Source of the DNA: Candidatus Anoxychlamydiales bacterium
GTDB lineage: Bacteria > Chlamydiota > Chlamydiia > Chlamydiales > SM23-39
Direction: 5' to 3'
NCBI GenBank assembly: GCA_011065125.1
Contig: JAAKFI010000003.1
Location: forward strand, 13,435 to 77,434
Length of the DNA: 64,000 nucleotides
Shown: positions 17,519 to 27,626 of the stretch, piece by piece
How positions within the stretch are numbered: position 1 is the first letter of the stretch
Layout of the letters: every line of letters begins with the position of its first letter
The notes under the pieces: generated by a model
Database searches by the model: none
Told to the model about the DNA's origin: nothing
The model's input: the letters and a program-made list of their open reading frames with translations, nothing else
Position numbers and translations under genes: made by a program

Positions 17519-20026
17519 ATGGAAGATATAGACGATATACATTTAATGAATATAGAAGAGGTTTTAGAAATTTATGAAACTTCTAAAAGTGGATTGAGCA
17601 TTGATGAAGCAAATAAAAGAGAAGAAAAATATGGAAAAAATATAATTCAAGAAAAAGAAGAGAGTATTATTTTTCTTTTCTTTAGACAGTTCAATAATGT
17701 TTTAGTATACATTCTTTTAATAGCATCTCTCATTAGCTTATATGCACGTAAATATATAGATTTTTTTGCTATAGCTTTTTTGATTTTAGCAAACGGACTT
17801 ATGGCTTTTTTTCAAGAATTAAAAGCTAAAACTTCTATAAAAGCATTGCAAAAGTTAACAGAGAGTAAATGTATAGTTTTAAGAGATAATAAAGAAATAG
17901 AAATCCCTTCTTCAGATTTAGTGCCAGGAGATGTTGTCGTTTTATCTGAAGGAAGTTTGGTATCAGCGGATATTAGATTGTTCGAATCTCAATCTTTAAT
18001 GGTAGATGAATCATCTATTACAGGAGAATCTATGCCTGTTATTAAAGATGCTTTTGCTCAGGTAAAAAAAGGAGCATTGATATATGAACTTAAAAACTGT
18101 CTGTTAAGTGGTACTAATATTGTTAGAGGACATGCTTTAGGTATTGTTACTAAAACTGCTAACAATACATATATCGCAAGCATTGCTAAGCAAGTAGAAA
18201 ATATTACTATAAAAACACCTCTTACCAAAGCAATTGAACACTTTTCAAAACGATATGCATTTTTTTTAATAGTTCTTTTTTCTTTAATTTTTTTAATTGG
18301 ATTTTTTCAAAAAAGAACATTTTTAGATTTAGCATATATATTAATTGCTGAATTAGTATCAGCACTTCCTGAAGGACTTCCTATAGTAGTTACAATTGTT
18401 CTTGTAGTAGGAGCTATTGCACTTTCTAAACACAACACATTAGTAAGACACTTGCCTTCTGTTGAAACGCTAGGAAGCGCTACTGTAATAGCAACAGATA
18501 AAACAGGAACTATTACAGAGGGTAAATTAAAAGTTGTAAAAACATTTGGAGATGAAGAAAAATTAAAAAAAGTAGCTATTTTTTGTAATGATGCTAAAAA
18601 TGAAAGATCCGATCCGATTGATGTAGCTCTTTTGAAATGGGCAGATCAGTTAAAAGATTCTAAAAATAATAGTTCATTAATTAAATCATATCCATTTGAT
18701 GTTAATTTAAGAATGATGGCAAAAGTTTATAAAGTAAATAACTCTAAAACTATTTTTATAAAAGGAGCTTTTGAATCATTAAAGGAACTGGCAATAAATA
18801 AAAATGAACTTAAAACAATAGAAGAAAACTTTCATGAAATGTCATCTTTAGGCCTTAGAACAATTGCTTGTGGAATAGGGGAGTTTGAAAGTGACGATAT
18901 AAGTAAATTTAAAATTAATATAGTTGGTTTAATTGGTTTTTTAGATCCCCCTAAAGAACATGTAAAAGATGCTGTATATCAAGCTAAAAAAGGTGGAATT
19001 GATGTTAAAATGATAACAGGAGATTTTGCTCTTACAGCTAAAGAAATTGCAAAACAGGTAGGTATTTATAAAGAAGGGGATCGTATTTTAACAGGTTATG
19101 AAATAGAGCAACTTGATGAAGATATGCTTTATGAAAATTTAAAGAAAGCTACAGTACTAGCTAGGATATTACCTGAGCATAAATATAAAATTGTAAAAGC
19201 ACTCCAAAAACATTCTGAAATTGTAGCGGTTAGTGGTGATGGCGTAAATGATGTTCCTGCGCTGAAAGCGGCTGACTTATCAATAGCTATGGGATCAGGC
19301 TCAGAAGCTGCTAAAAGCGTTTCTAAAATGATAATTACAGATAGCAATTTAAAAGTGATAGTAGATGCTATTAGAAATGGTAGAATAATTGCAGATAACA
19401 TTAGAAAAGTAATTTATTATCTTTTGTCTTCAGCACTTCAAGAAATCACTTTAATCTCAATATCTATCATATTAAATTTGCCACTTCCCTTAATGCCAAT
19501 ACAAATCCTGTGGATCAATTTAGTAACTGATGGAGTGCAAGACAAAACATTTCCTTTCGCTAAAGAAGATGAAGATGTAATGAATAAAAAACCTAAAAAA
19601 CCACAAAAACAGTTTTTTGATAAATTTCAAATAATAAATGTCTTATATTATGGATTTATATCTGGGCTAATTGTTTTAGTATTATTTAAATATCTTTTAA
19701 AAAATTATTCTTATGACATAACACTTACAGTAATATTTACATCAGTTGCAGTAATGCAATGGGCTAATGGCATACAAGCTCAAAAAGAAAAAGAACCTTT
19801 TTTTAAAAACATAAAAAAAAGTTTTACAATCAATCCCTATATATTTTTAGGAATTGGAATTGGAATAATTTTACAATTTTTAGCAGTATATGTCCTAAGT
19901 TCTTGGTTTTCAAGTGTGAAAATAAAATTATCTCTTTGGATTTATCCAATCATAATGTTCTTTGTTGCATTTATTATAGTAGAGAGTAGAAAATGGTTGT
20001 TTTTAATATTTAGGAGAAAAAAATGA
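17519..20026 (+). CDS. P-type cation-transporting ATPase, P2 (Ca2+/Mg2+-ATPase-like)
   Basis: DKTGTITEG phosphorylation site. TM4 ALPEGLP (P2-type, not CPC). GDGVNDVPALKAADLSIAMG hinge. N-terminal cation-ATPase-N region. The ATG at 17519 is preferred over the tracked TTG at 17471. Confidence 0.9.
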   Translation: MEDIDDIHLMNIEEVLEIYETSKSGLSIDEANKREEKYGKNIIQEKEESIIFLFFRQFNNVLVYILLIASLISLYARKYIDFFAIAFLILANGLMAFFQELKAKTSIKALQKLTESKCIVLRDNKEIEIPSSDLVPGDVVVLSEGSLVSADIRLFESQSLMVDESSITGESMPVIKDAFAQVKKGALIYELKNCLLSGTNIVRGHALGIVTKTANNTYIASIAKQVENITIKTPLTKAIEHFSKRYAFFLIVLFSLIFLIGFFQKRTFLDLAYILIAELVSALPEGLPIVVTIVLVVGAIALSKHNTLVRHLPSVETLGSATVIATDKTGTITEGKLKVVKTFGDEEKLKKVAIFCNDAKNERSDPIDVALLKWADQLKDSKNNSSLIKSYPFDVNLRMMAKVYKVNNSKTIFIKGAFESLKELAINKNELKTIEENFHEMSSLGLRTIACGIGEFESDDISKFKINIVGLIGFLDPPKEHVKDAVYQAKKGGIDVKMITGDFALTAKEIAKQVGIYKEGDRILTGYEIEQLDEDMLYENLKKATVLARILPEHKYKIVKALQKHSEIVAVSGDGVNDVPALKAADLSIAMGSGSEAAKSVSKMIITDSNLKVIVDAIRNGRIIADNIRKVIYYLLSSALQEITLISISIILNLPLPLMPIQILWINLVTDGVQDKTFPFAKEDEDVMNKKPKKPQKQFFDKFQIINVLYYGFISGLIVLVLFKYLLKNYSYDITLTVIFTSVAVMQWANGIQAQKEKEPFFKNIKKSFTINPYIFLGIGIGIILQFLAVYVLSSWFSSVKIKLSLWIYPIIMFFVAFIIVESRKWLFLIFRRKK

Positions 20027-20307
20027 AAAGATTAATTTTAATAAGCTTTGTTTTTTTATCAACTACTATGTTTGGAGTTTTATCTCCATTTTATCAAAGT
20101 TCAAAAGAGATAGAAACAATTATTAATGATCCAAAATTATCAGATGAGATTGGACAAGAAGCTATTTTAGAAATTAAAAAAGTAGAGGATGGATATTTAA
20201 TTTTCACATCTAAATATTTTATAAAAGCAAATATTGAATATATTCCAACTAACTTAATGGGTCCAGTTCATTTTGAAGTGCATTTTGATGAAAAAATAGA
20301 TATTTAA
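20023..20307 (+). CDS. Small exported hypothetical protein
   Basis: 94 aa with signal peptide MKRLILISFVFLSTTMFG. Its start overlaps the ATPase stop (ATGA), which suggests co-translation. Confidence 0.5.
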   Translation: MKRLILISFVFLSTTMFGVLSPFYQSSKEIETIINDPKLSDEIGQEAILEIKKVEDGYLIFTSKYFIKANIEYIPTNLMGPVHFEVHFDEKIDI

Positions 20308-20316
20308 AGGTAAAAT

Positions 20317-20676
20317 ATGAAAGTTTTTATTCCAATTGAAACAAATGATGTAAATAGTGAAATTAGCTCTTTTTTTTGTAAGTCGAAGTATTTTTTATTA
20401 AAAGATTTAGAAAATGATACTTTTGAAATTATTGAAAATAATTTCTCTTCAGAAAATAGAGGTATAAAAGTTGCTAATATGGCAATTGATAAAAAAATAG
20501 ATTTTGTAATTTTAAAAAATATTGGTCCTAGAGGTTTTAATATATTTAAAAATGCAAATGTAAAAATCTATCTTGTTAAAGACATGTTAGTAAACATGGC
20601 ACTGGAACTTTTAAAAGATGGTAAATTAGAAGAATTAAAAGAAATAAAATCTAATTGTTCTTGTAAAAGCAATTAA
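20317..20676 (+). CDS. NifB/NifX-like (dinitrogenase FeMo-cofactor-binding fold family) small protein, tentative
   Basis: 119 aa. MKVFIPIE....S.IS..F...KYFLL, followed later by [22 protein letters not shown], matches the layout of this family as I remember it. Confidence 0.5.
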   Translation: MKVFIPIETNDVNSEISSFFCKSKYFLLKDLENDTFEIIENNFSSENRGIKVANMAIDKKIDFVILKNIGPRGFNIFKNANVKIYLVKDMLVNMALELLKDGKLEELKEIKSNCSCKSN

Positions 20677-21080
20677 TCATTTTCTTTGACTTTTTTTCTT
20701 AATTCTTTTTTAGAAGATTGAATTTTTTTTTCTTTAAGTATTTTTTCTTTTGTTCGTTTAGATCTTTTTTTCTTTTGTTTTTTTAATTTATATATTTTTT
20801 TTTGTTCTTCAGATTCTTTTTTAAAATATAATCTTTCAAATTTTTTTATTAGCTCTTTTCTAGCATAATATCTATTTAATTCTCTTGATCTTTCCCTTTG
20901 GCATTTAACTTCTATTCCGGTCGGGATATGTTTTAAATAAACACAAGAGTGTGTTTTTTGAATTTTTTGACCACCTCTACCTGATCCTAAAATGAATTTT
21001 TCTATAATATCTTTTTCCAAGATATTTAACTTTTTCATTTTTTCATTAAGTTTGTCTTTTTTTTCTTTTTTTATAGCCAT
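20673..21080 (-). CDS. arfB: GGQ-motif peptidyl-tRNA hydrolase, ArfB/ICT1-like ribosome-rescue factor
   Basis: [39 protein letters not shown] matches the RF-1 GGQ domain. A long Lys/Arg-rich C-terminal tail is typical of ArfB. Confidence 0.75.
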   Translation of the reverse strand: MAIKKEKKDKLNEKMKKLNILEKDIIEKFILGSGRGGQKIQKTHSCVYLKHIPTGIEVKCQRERSRELNRYYARKELIKKFERLYFKKESEEQKKIYKLKKQKKKRSKRTKEKILKEKKIQSSKKELRKKVKEND

Positions 21081-21089
21081 AATATTTTT

Positions 21090-21758
21090 CTATTTTAAAA
21101 AGGGAAAGGGTATAGATTGATTAAATATTTTTACAGGGGAAATACTCTTTAAGAGTTCTAATAAATTATATTTTTGAAAAATAGATCTAAGTATTATATG
21201 AGCTATTGCTTTTTCAATTTCATCTATTGGAAAGCCGGATTCATCTGTAATATTATGAAATTCTAATTTATCAATAGTTGGTAGATTTTGTCGTGTTCCA
21301 TCTGCTTTGACAAGAACTATAGCAATATTATTTAAGCTAAGAGTTTTGATAAGATATTTTCTTTTACTTTCTGTTATTTTTCCTTTTGTTTGCATAATTC
21401 TCGACCAATTATTGTCTGATCCCATTCTATTATAAAACTCAACTCCTATTACGATGTCATTTAAAGAAATTGAATTAATAGTAAGGGTTTTAGATCTTAT
21501 ATTTTTAAAAGTAGAATTGAAATTTATTTTTTTGCATTGAAAAGCTGTAGAACTTTTAGATCCCTTGGGATTTGACATATTAAGATCAAAAATATTTAAA
21601 TTTTGGCTATTTAATTTTACATTTGAAACTGAAGTTTCTACACCAAACTCTCTAGTTAAATAACTAGAAACAAAACTTGGCATATTAAACCATAAAATAA
21701 TTGCTATTATAAATATTAAAGCTACAAAAGAGGAAAAAATAACAATCAATTTCTTCAT
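21090..21758 (-). CDS. N-terminally anchored hypothetical protein, paralogue A
   Basis: 222 aa with one N-terminal TM. Shares SSYLT, V.SV.L, NNW..I and S.GFP blocks with the divergent neighbour. Confidence 0.6.
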   Translation of the reverse strand: MKKLIVIFSSFVALIFIIAIILWFNMPSFVSSYLTREFGVETSVSNVKLNSQNLNIFDLNMSNPKGSKSSTAFQCKKINFNSTFKNIRSKTLTINSISLNDIVIGVEFYNRMGSDNNWSRIMQTKGKITESKRKYLIKTLSLNNIAIVLVKADGTRQNLPTIDKLEFHNITDESGFPIDEIEKAIAHIILRSIFQKYNLLELLKSISPVKIFNQSIPFPFLK

Positions 21759-21858
21759 AAAAAAGCCTTTTATTTTAATTAATACATTAAAACTATTTTA
21801 AAAAAAATAGAAATAGTTCATATGAAGATTAAAGGAAGAAAAAAGATGAGGCTAATAA

Positions 21859-22560
21859 ATGAAAAAATTTAAACCATTTATAATTGCAATTGTTGCAATA
21901 TTTGCAGTAGTTATTTTTGTTTGGATAATAAAAGGTCCTTTGATTAGCTCATATTTAACAAGCAAACTCAAAACAAATGTTAGCATAAAAAGTGTGAATT
22001 TAGGTTTTTCTAAAATGGTTTTAAAAAACTTTACAATAAAAAACCTAAGAGGCAATAAAACTAAATTTGCCTTTCGAGCTGATATAATTGAAGTCGATTA
22101 CTCTTTATCTAAGCTATTTTCATCTCCAAGTATAGTAGATAGCATTTTAGTAGATAATATTAAATTAAACATTGAATGCAAGAATCCACTTTGTTCTAAA
22201 AATAATTGGACGGGAATTGTAAATAACATAAGCATGAAAGAAAAAAAAGCTACAAAAGAAAAAGAAATAAGGATTAAAAAAATTACATTTAAAGATTTAA
22301 ATGTTGATATATATAACTTAGGGCTTGATTTGACTAAGAAAAAAACAGCTTATGTAAAAGAAATTGAATTTAATAATGTAAATAGTAAAGATGGCTTTCC
22401 AACAAAACAGCTAATAGCTGCAATCTTTAAATCTGCAAATTTAAGAGATTACTTAAAAGGAGTTTTAGATTTAAAAAATTGGATGGATAAATTTAATCCC
22501 TTTTCAGTAAATGAAGAACTAGAATTTAAAGATGTATTATTAAATGAAAAAGGCGCTTGA
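21859..22560 (+). CDS. N-terminally anchored hypothetical protein, paralogue B
   Basis: 233 aa with the same architecture and collinear motif blocks as 21090-21758. Confidence 0.6.
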   Translation: MKKFKPFIIAIVAIFAVVIFVWIIKGPLISSYLTSKLKTNVSIKSVNLGFSKMVLKNFTIKNLRGNKTKFAFRADIIEVDYSLSKLFSSPSIVDSILVDNIKLNIECKNPLCSKNNWTGIVNNISMKEKKATKEKEIRIKKITFKDLNVDIYNLGLDLTKKKTAYVKEIEFNNVNSKDGFPTKQLIAAIFKSANLRDYLKGVLDLKNWMDKFNPFSVNEELEFKDVLLNEKGA

Positions 22561-22575
22561 AAAAGCGCCTTTTTA
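22549..22575. terminator. Bidirectional intrinsic terminator
   Basis: aaaggcgct (22549-22557) / agcgccttt (22564-22572), then a T run. The TGA stop of the + gene sits in the loop. groEL ends at 22597 on the other strand. Confidence 0.75.
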
Positions 22576-22596
22576 TAACTAGTAATAAGTTATATC

Positions 22597-24222
<1,626 letters not shown>

Positions 24223-24236
24223 TTATCTCCTTTTTA

Positions 24237-24542
24237 TTATTCAACTATTGCTATGATATCATCTGATTTCACTATTATATATTCTTGATCATCAATTGTT
24301 ATTTCTTGGCCAGCGTATTTATCCATTAAAATAACATCTCCAAGCGTAACAGGCATTTTGATTAATTCATTATTATCTCCAACTTTACCAGGACCAATAG
24401 CAATGATTTTAGCCATTTCTTGTTTTTTCTTAGCGCTATCTGGAATGATAATTCCACCTTTTACTGTCTCTTCACTTTCTAATCTTTGTGCTATTACTCT
24501 ATCTAATAACGGTTTTAATTTAGTTTTTGTTTTTTGTGTCAT
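24237..24542 (-). CDS. groES: Co-chaperonin GroES (Hsp10)
   Basis: MTQKTKTKLKPLLDRVIAQRLESEETVKGGIIIPDSAKKK... is 101 aa. GGAGG lies about 8 nt upstream of this Met. The tracked 17-codon N-terminal extension is rejected. Coordinates follow the ORF track; see the note on a 1-nt reading discrepancy. Confidence 0.9.
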   Translation of the reverse strand: MTQKTKTKLKPLLDRVIAQRLESEETVKGGIIIPDSAKKKQEMAKIIAIGPGKVGDNNELIKMPVTLGDVILMDKYAGQEITIDDQEYIIVKSDDIIAIVE

Positions 24543-24625
24543 CTCGAATAACCTCCAAAATAATTTTATTATTGTTTTTTTTAGCAACAACATCTTAACA
24601 ACTTTAATAATTTTTCACAAGATTT

Positions 24626-24652
24626 TAGCAGATAAAATTATTGAGTGCTAAA
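24626..24652 (-). promoter_or_regulatory. CIRCE operator (HrcA-binding inverted repeat) upstream of groES-groEL
   Basis: The minus strand reads TTAGCACTC-AATAATTTT-ATCTGCTAA, against consensus TTAGCACTC-N9-GAGTGCTAA. The left half is perfect and the right half matches 6/9. It lies about 85 nt upstream of the groES ATG. Confidence 0.8.
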
Positions 24653-24853
24653 AAATGTTCTACATAAAAAAAAAATAAAAAAATAATTTTAATTTTAAAA
24701 TAGTTATTATAATTATTTTTTTATAAATTCTAATTTATAATGTTCAAAATACTTTTTTTTCATTTTTAAACAAAATATTTTGAAAATTTTCCTAAAATAT
24801 TTTAAGATAATAAAATAGGCAGGTAACTTTTATATAATACAGTTGATTTTATA

Positions 24854-25144
24854 ATGACTACAAATTATCAAAATAAATTAAAATCGTTTTTTATCGTTAA
24901 AAATGAAAAGGGTTTGCACACAAGACCATCAACTTAGCTTGTTAATTGTTCTTCTTCTTTTACTTGTCATATAAATTTATATTATAAAAAATATACTGTT
25001 AATGCTAAATCACTTCTTGGAATATTAATGTTAGCAGCAGGTAGAGGTTCAAAAATTAAAATAGAAGCTTATGGAAATGATGCAAAAGAAGCAATAAGTG
25101 CAATACTTCAACTTGCAAACAATAAATTTAATATCAAATATTAA
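24854..25144 (+). pseudogene. ptsH: ptsH (HPr phosphocarrier) interrupted by one in-frame TAG at codon 28
   Basis: MTTNYQNKLKSFFIVKNEKGLHTRPST*LVNCSSSFTCHINLYYKKYTVNAKSLLGILMLAAGRGSKIKIEAYGNDAKEAISAILQLANNKFNIKY. It is collinear with HPr without gaps: His-15 box GLHTRP, Ser-46 box NAKS. TAG at 24935-24937. The stop at 25142-25144 is 1 nt before the rpiA ATG. Confidence 0.8.
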
Positions 25145-25145
25145 A

Positions 25146-25820
25146 ATGAATGATCAAATAAAAAAGAATTTAGGAATATATGCTTCTAAATTAGTTAAAG
25201 ATAATATGATAGTAGGGCTAGGAACAGGTTCTACTGCAAATCATTTTATTCAAAGTTTATCTAAAAGGATATCTGAGGGTTTAAAGATCAACGCTATTGC
25301 TTCTTCAAAAGATTCATTAAATTTAGCTAAGAAAAATAATATAAATATTATAGATCCAAAAGAGGTAGATATAATTGATTTATATGTAGATGGGGCTGAT
25401 GAAGTAGATAAAAAAAAGCAGATGATAAAAGGACATGGCGCTGCTTTATTAAATGAGAAAATTTTAGCTAAATTTTCTAAAGAAGTAATAATTATTGTAG
25501 ATGAAACTAAGTTAGTAGATAAAATAGGAAAAAAAACTCTTCCAGTTGAACTTACTACTTTTTGTCATGTCTTAACAAAAAAACTACTTGAAAAAAAGGG
25601 TTTTATAGGGGAGTTTAGAAAGGAAAAGGAAAAATTGATTATTACTGAAAATAACAATTATATTTTAGATATTCAACTTTCCAATTTAGTAGACAATATC
25701 TATGATCTTCAAATGCAACTTCTATCAATTCCAGGTGTTATTGAAACTGGTCTTTTTTATGATCTTCCATCAAAAATTATTATTGGTAAAACTGATAATA
25801 CTTTTGATGTTATAGAATAA
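25146..25820 (+). CDS. rpiA: Ribose-5-phosphate isomerase A
   Basis: VGLGTGSTANHFI, YVDGADEVD and GHGAALLNEKI motifs. The ATG at 25146 is preferred, because the tracked GTG at 25098 lies inside ptsH. Confidence 0.9.
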   Translation: MNDQIKKNLGIYASKLVKDNMIVGLGTGSTANHFIQSLSKRISEGLKINAIASSKDSLNLAKKNNINIIDPKEVDIIDLYVDGADEVDKKKQMIKGHGAALLNEKILAKFSKEVIIIVDETKLVDKIGKKTLPVELTTFCHVLTKKLLEKKGFIGEFRKEKEKLIITENNNYILDIQLSNLVDNIYDLQMQLLSIPGVIETGLFYDLPSKIIIGKTDNTFDVIE

Positions 25821-25886
25821 ATTTTATAAAAGACATTTTACTAAATAAATGTTAAAATTCTTAAATAATTTAAATAGGTTTTTATT

Positions 25887-26315
25887 ATGTTTTCACTTAA
25901 AAAAAATAAAGAATTTATATCTCAAAGAGATGTTGTTATTTGTTATTTAATACATAAAGATAACATTCTTTTTTTAAAAAGAGGTCTTGATAAATTTAAA
26001 GGTGGAATGTGGACGGCTCCTGGCGGTAAAAGGGAAAATAATGAGAGTTTAGAGAATGCAGTTATTAGAGAAATATTAGAAGAAACTGATATCAGCATTG
26101 ATAAGGAAAATTTATCATATATAGATAAGTGTTATATTAAGCATGATAATTTTCATTTTACTATGCATATCTTTAAAACCCATCTTAATCAAATCCCACA
26201 AATTAATTTAAATACAGATGAAAATATAGAATATGCATGGGCTAGTATTAATGATGCTAAAAAGTTAAATCTAATAGAACATGCTATAGATTGTTTAAAT
26301 TTTACATTTAAATAA
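25887..26315 (+). CDS. NUDIX hydrolase
   Basis: Nudix box GGKRENNESLENAVIREILEETDI (G.5E.7REU.EE.GU). Confidence 0.85.
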   Translation: MFSLKKNKEFISQRDVVICYLIHKDNILFLKRGLDKFKGGMWTAPGGKRENNESLENAVIREILEETDISIDKENLSYIDKCYIKHDNFHFTMHIFKTHLNQIPQINLNTDENIEYAWASINDAKKLNLIEHAIDCLNFTFK

Positions 26316-26496
26316 AATTTTATGTCAGCTCAAAGTTAGAAACCTCCATACTAAAATTTTTAGTTTAAGGTATCATTACAACTTTGGAGAAAGGTGTCAT
26401 TATAACTTTGGGCTTATAAAATAAAATTTTTAATTGATATATATATTTTTTTAGATTAATCTAATCCTCTTATGGGCATGAAATCGGAGGCATAAG

Positions 26497-26847
26497 ATGA
26501 AAGAAGTAAATAATATAAGCCAAAATACTTATCCACAAGAAAGCGATAAAACTTTAAAAGCAAAAGAAAAACTTAAACAAAGACTATCTGAAGTTGAAAA
26601 AAAAGTAACTCCAGAGGCATTAAAAAAAATAGTTTTAGAAATTCACGATAGAATCAATAGACTTGCTTTAGAAAGAGATGTTCTAAAAAATAAGATCACT
26701 TTATTTGATAATAATACAAACCCTGCAAATACATCAAAAAAAACACATGCTTTATCTGTAAGAATTAAAAAAGATAATGAAGATACCTTTGCACATTTAG
26801 ATACCCTTCCTCAAACAGTGAAAAGGCATATTATTACAAATGATTAA
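26497..26847 (+). CDS. Hypothetical coiled-coil protein
   Basis: 116-aa ORF with GGAGG 7 nt upstream of the ATG. No family recognised. Confidence 0.6.
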   Translation: MKEVNNISQNTYPQESDKTLKAKEKLKQRLSEVEKKVTPEALKKIVLEIHDRINRLALERDVLKNKITLFDNNTNPANTSKKTHALSVRIKKDNEDTFAHLDTLPQTVKRHIITND

Positions 26848-26943
26848 ATAAAATTTTAAAAAAAAATAAAAAGTACTTGTTAGAAAATCAATAACATAAG
26901 ACAATGACTTTAAAGACGAAAAGAAAAAAAAAGGGGTTGTTTA

Positions 26944-27252
26944 ATGGCCACAATGACTAAAAAAAATCTAGTGCAGAAAATAGCACAAAAAAAAGGTATG
27001 CATCCAAATGAAGTAAGAAATGTTATTCAATCTTTTTTAGATGAAATGACAGAATCGCTTACAAATGGAGATAGATTAGAATTTAGAGATTTTGGTGTTT
27101 TTGAAATAGTCGAGCGAAAGAAAAAGATAGGAAGAAATCCTAAAAATCCATCAGTACCTATTATAATTCCAGCTAGAAAAGCTGTGAAATTTACACCAGG
27201 TAAAAAGATGAAACAAGCAATTGAGAGACAATCTATTTCTCCTCAAATGTAA
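26944..27252 (+). CDS. HU/IHF-family DNA-bending protein
   Basis: RLEFRDFGVFEIVERKKKIGRNPKNPSVPIIIPARKAVKFTPGKKMK is the HU/IHF beta-arm with the conserved RNP..P. This is the chlamydial himD-like position near accA. Confidence 0.9.
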   Translation: MATMTKKNLVQKIAQKKGMHPNEVRNVIQSFLDEMTESLTNGDRLEFRDFGVFEIVERKKKIGRNPKNPSVPIIIPARKAVKFTPGKKMKQAIERQSISPQM

Positions 27253-27276
27253 GTAAGAATTATTTTTGATAAAGTT

Positions 27277-27312
27277 AAAAAACCAAATAATTTGTAATTC
27301 TTTGGTTTTTTT
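27277..27312 (+). terminator. Probable intrinsic terminator after the IHF/HU gene
   Basis: aaaaaaccaaa ... tttggttttttttt: an AT-rich stem with a 13-nt loop followed by a T run. Confidence 0.5.
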
Positions 27313-27626
27313 TTATTTAATTTAAATAAACTTTTTTTGTGATTTAAAAGACTTTTATCTAAATAATTATTTCTAAAAATATCCAACCCCCCAAACTTAT
27401 CACCTAGATGTTTAAATATATATATATACATATAAAATATTTATTATTGATTTTTAAATTAAAATAACAATATTGATGCATAAAAAAACCATTCAATTTA
27501 TTATAAAAAATAACTTTTAAATTATTAATGTTTAGAAATTAGTAGGTTAGAAGAGTATTTAAATTTAATCCAAAATAAGCTATTATATATGGATAGCTAT
27601 AAAAAGTTATAAGGAGAAATCTATCA

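Noticed and set aside
24478-24484. Apparent extra T (I read ...cactttct|taatcttt...) that would frameshift groES
   Set aside because: My manual translation needs ...ttc taa tct... to give RLESEE. The provided track reads straight through both this ORF and the antisense ORF, and its end coordinates (24593, 24651) are 1 nt lower than mine, while coordinates agree again by 25098. An essential, otherwise perfect groES is unlikely to be frameshifted, so I assume a reading or formatting discrepancy. It is worth a direct check of bases 24478-24484 and of homopolymer lengths between 24650 and 25100.
24543-24593. 17-codon N-terminal extension of GroES in the ORF track
   Set aside because: GGAGG precedes the internal Met (MTQKT...). 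GroES proteins start there, and the extension would put the start close to the CIRCE operator.
24935-24937. TAG in ptsH as evidence for stop-codon reassignment
   Set aside because: TAG terminates groEL (22597), the flavodiiron gene (12692), accA (29589) and trxB (47656) at their expected ends. TGA also terminates genes (3586, 15935, 22560). The standard code applies.
25098-25145. Tracked GTG start extending rpiA by 16 codons
   Set aside because: The extension lies inside the ptsH frame-shifted 3' end. RpiA homologues begin near MNDQIKK, and that ATG follows the ptsH stop by 1 nt.
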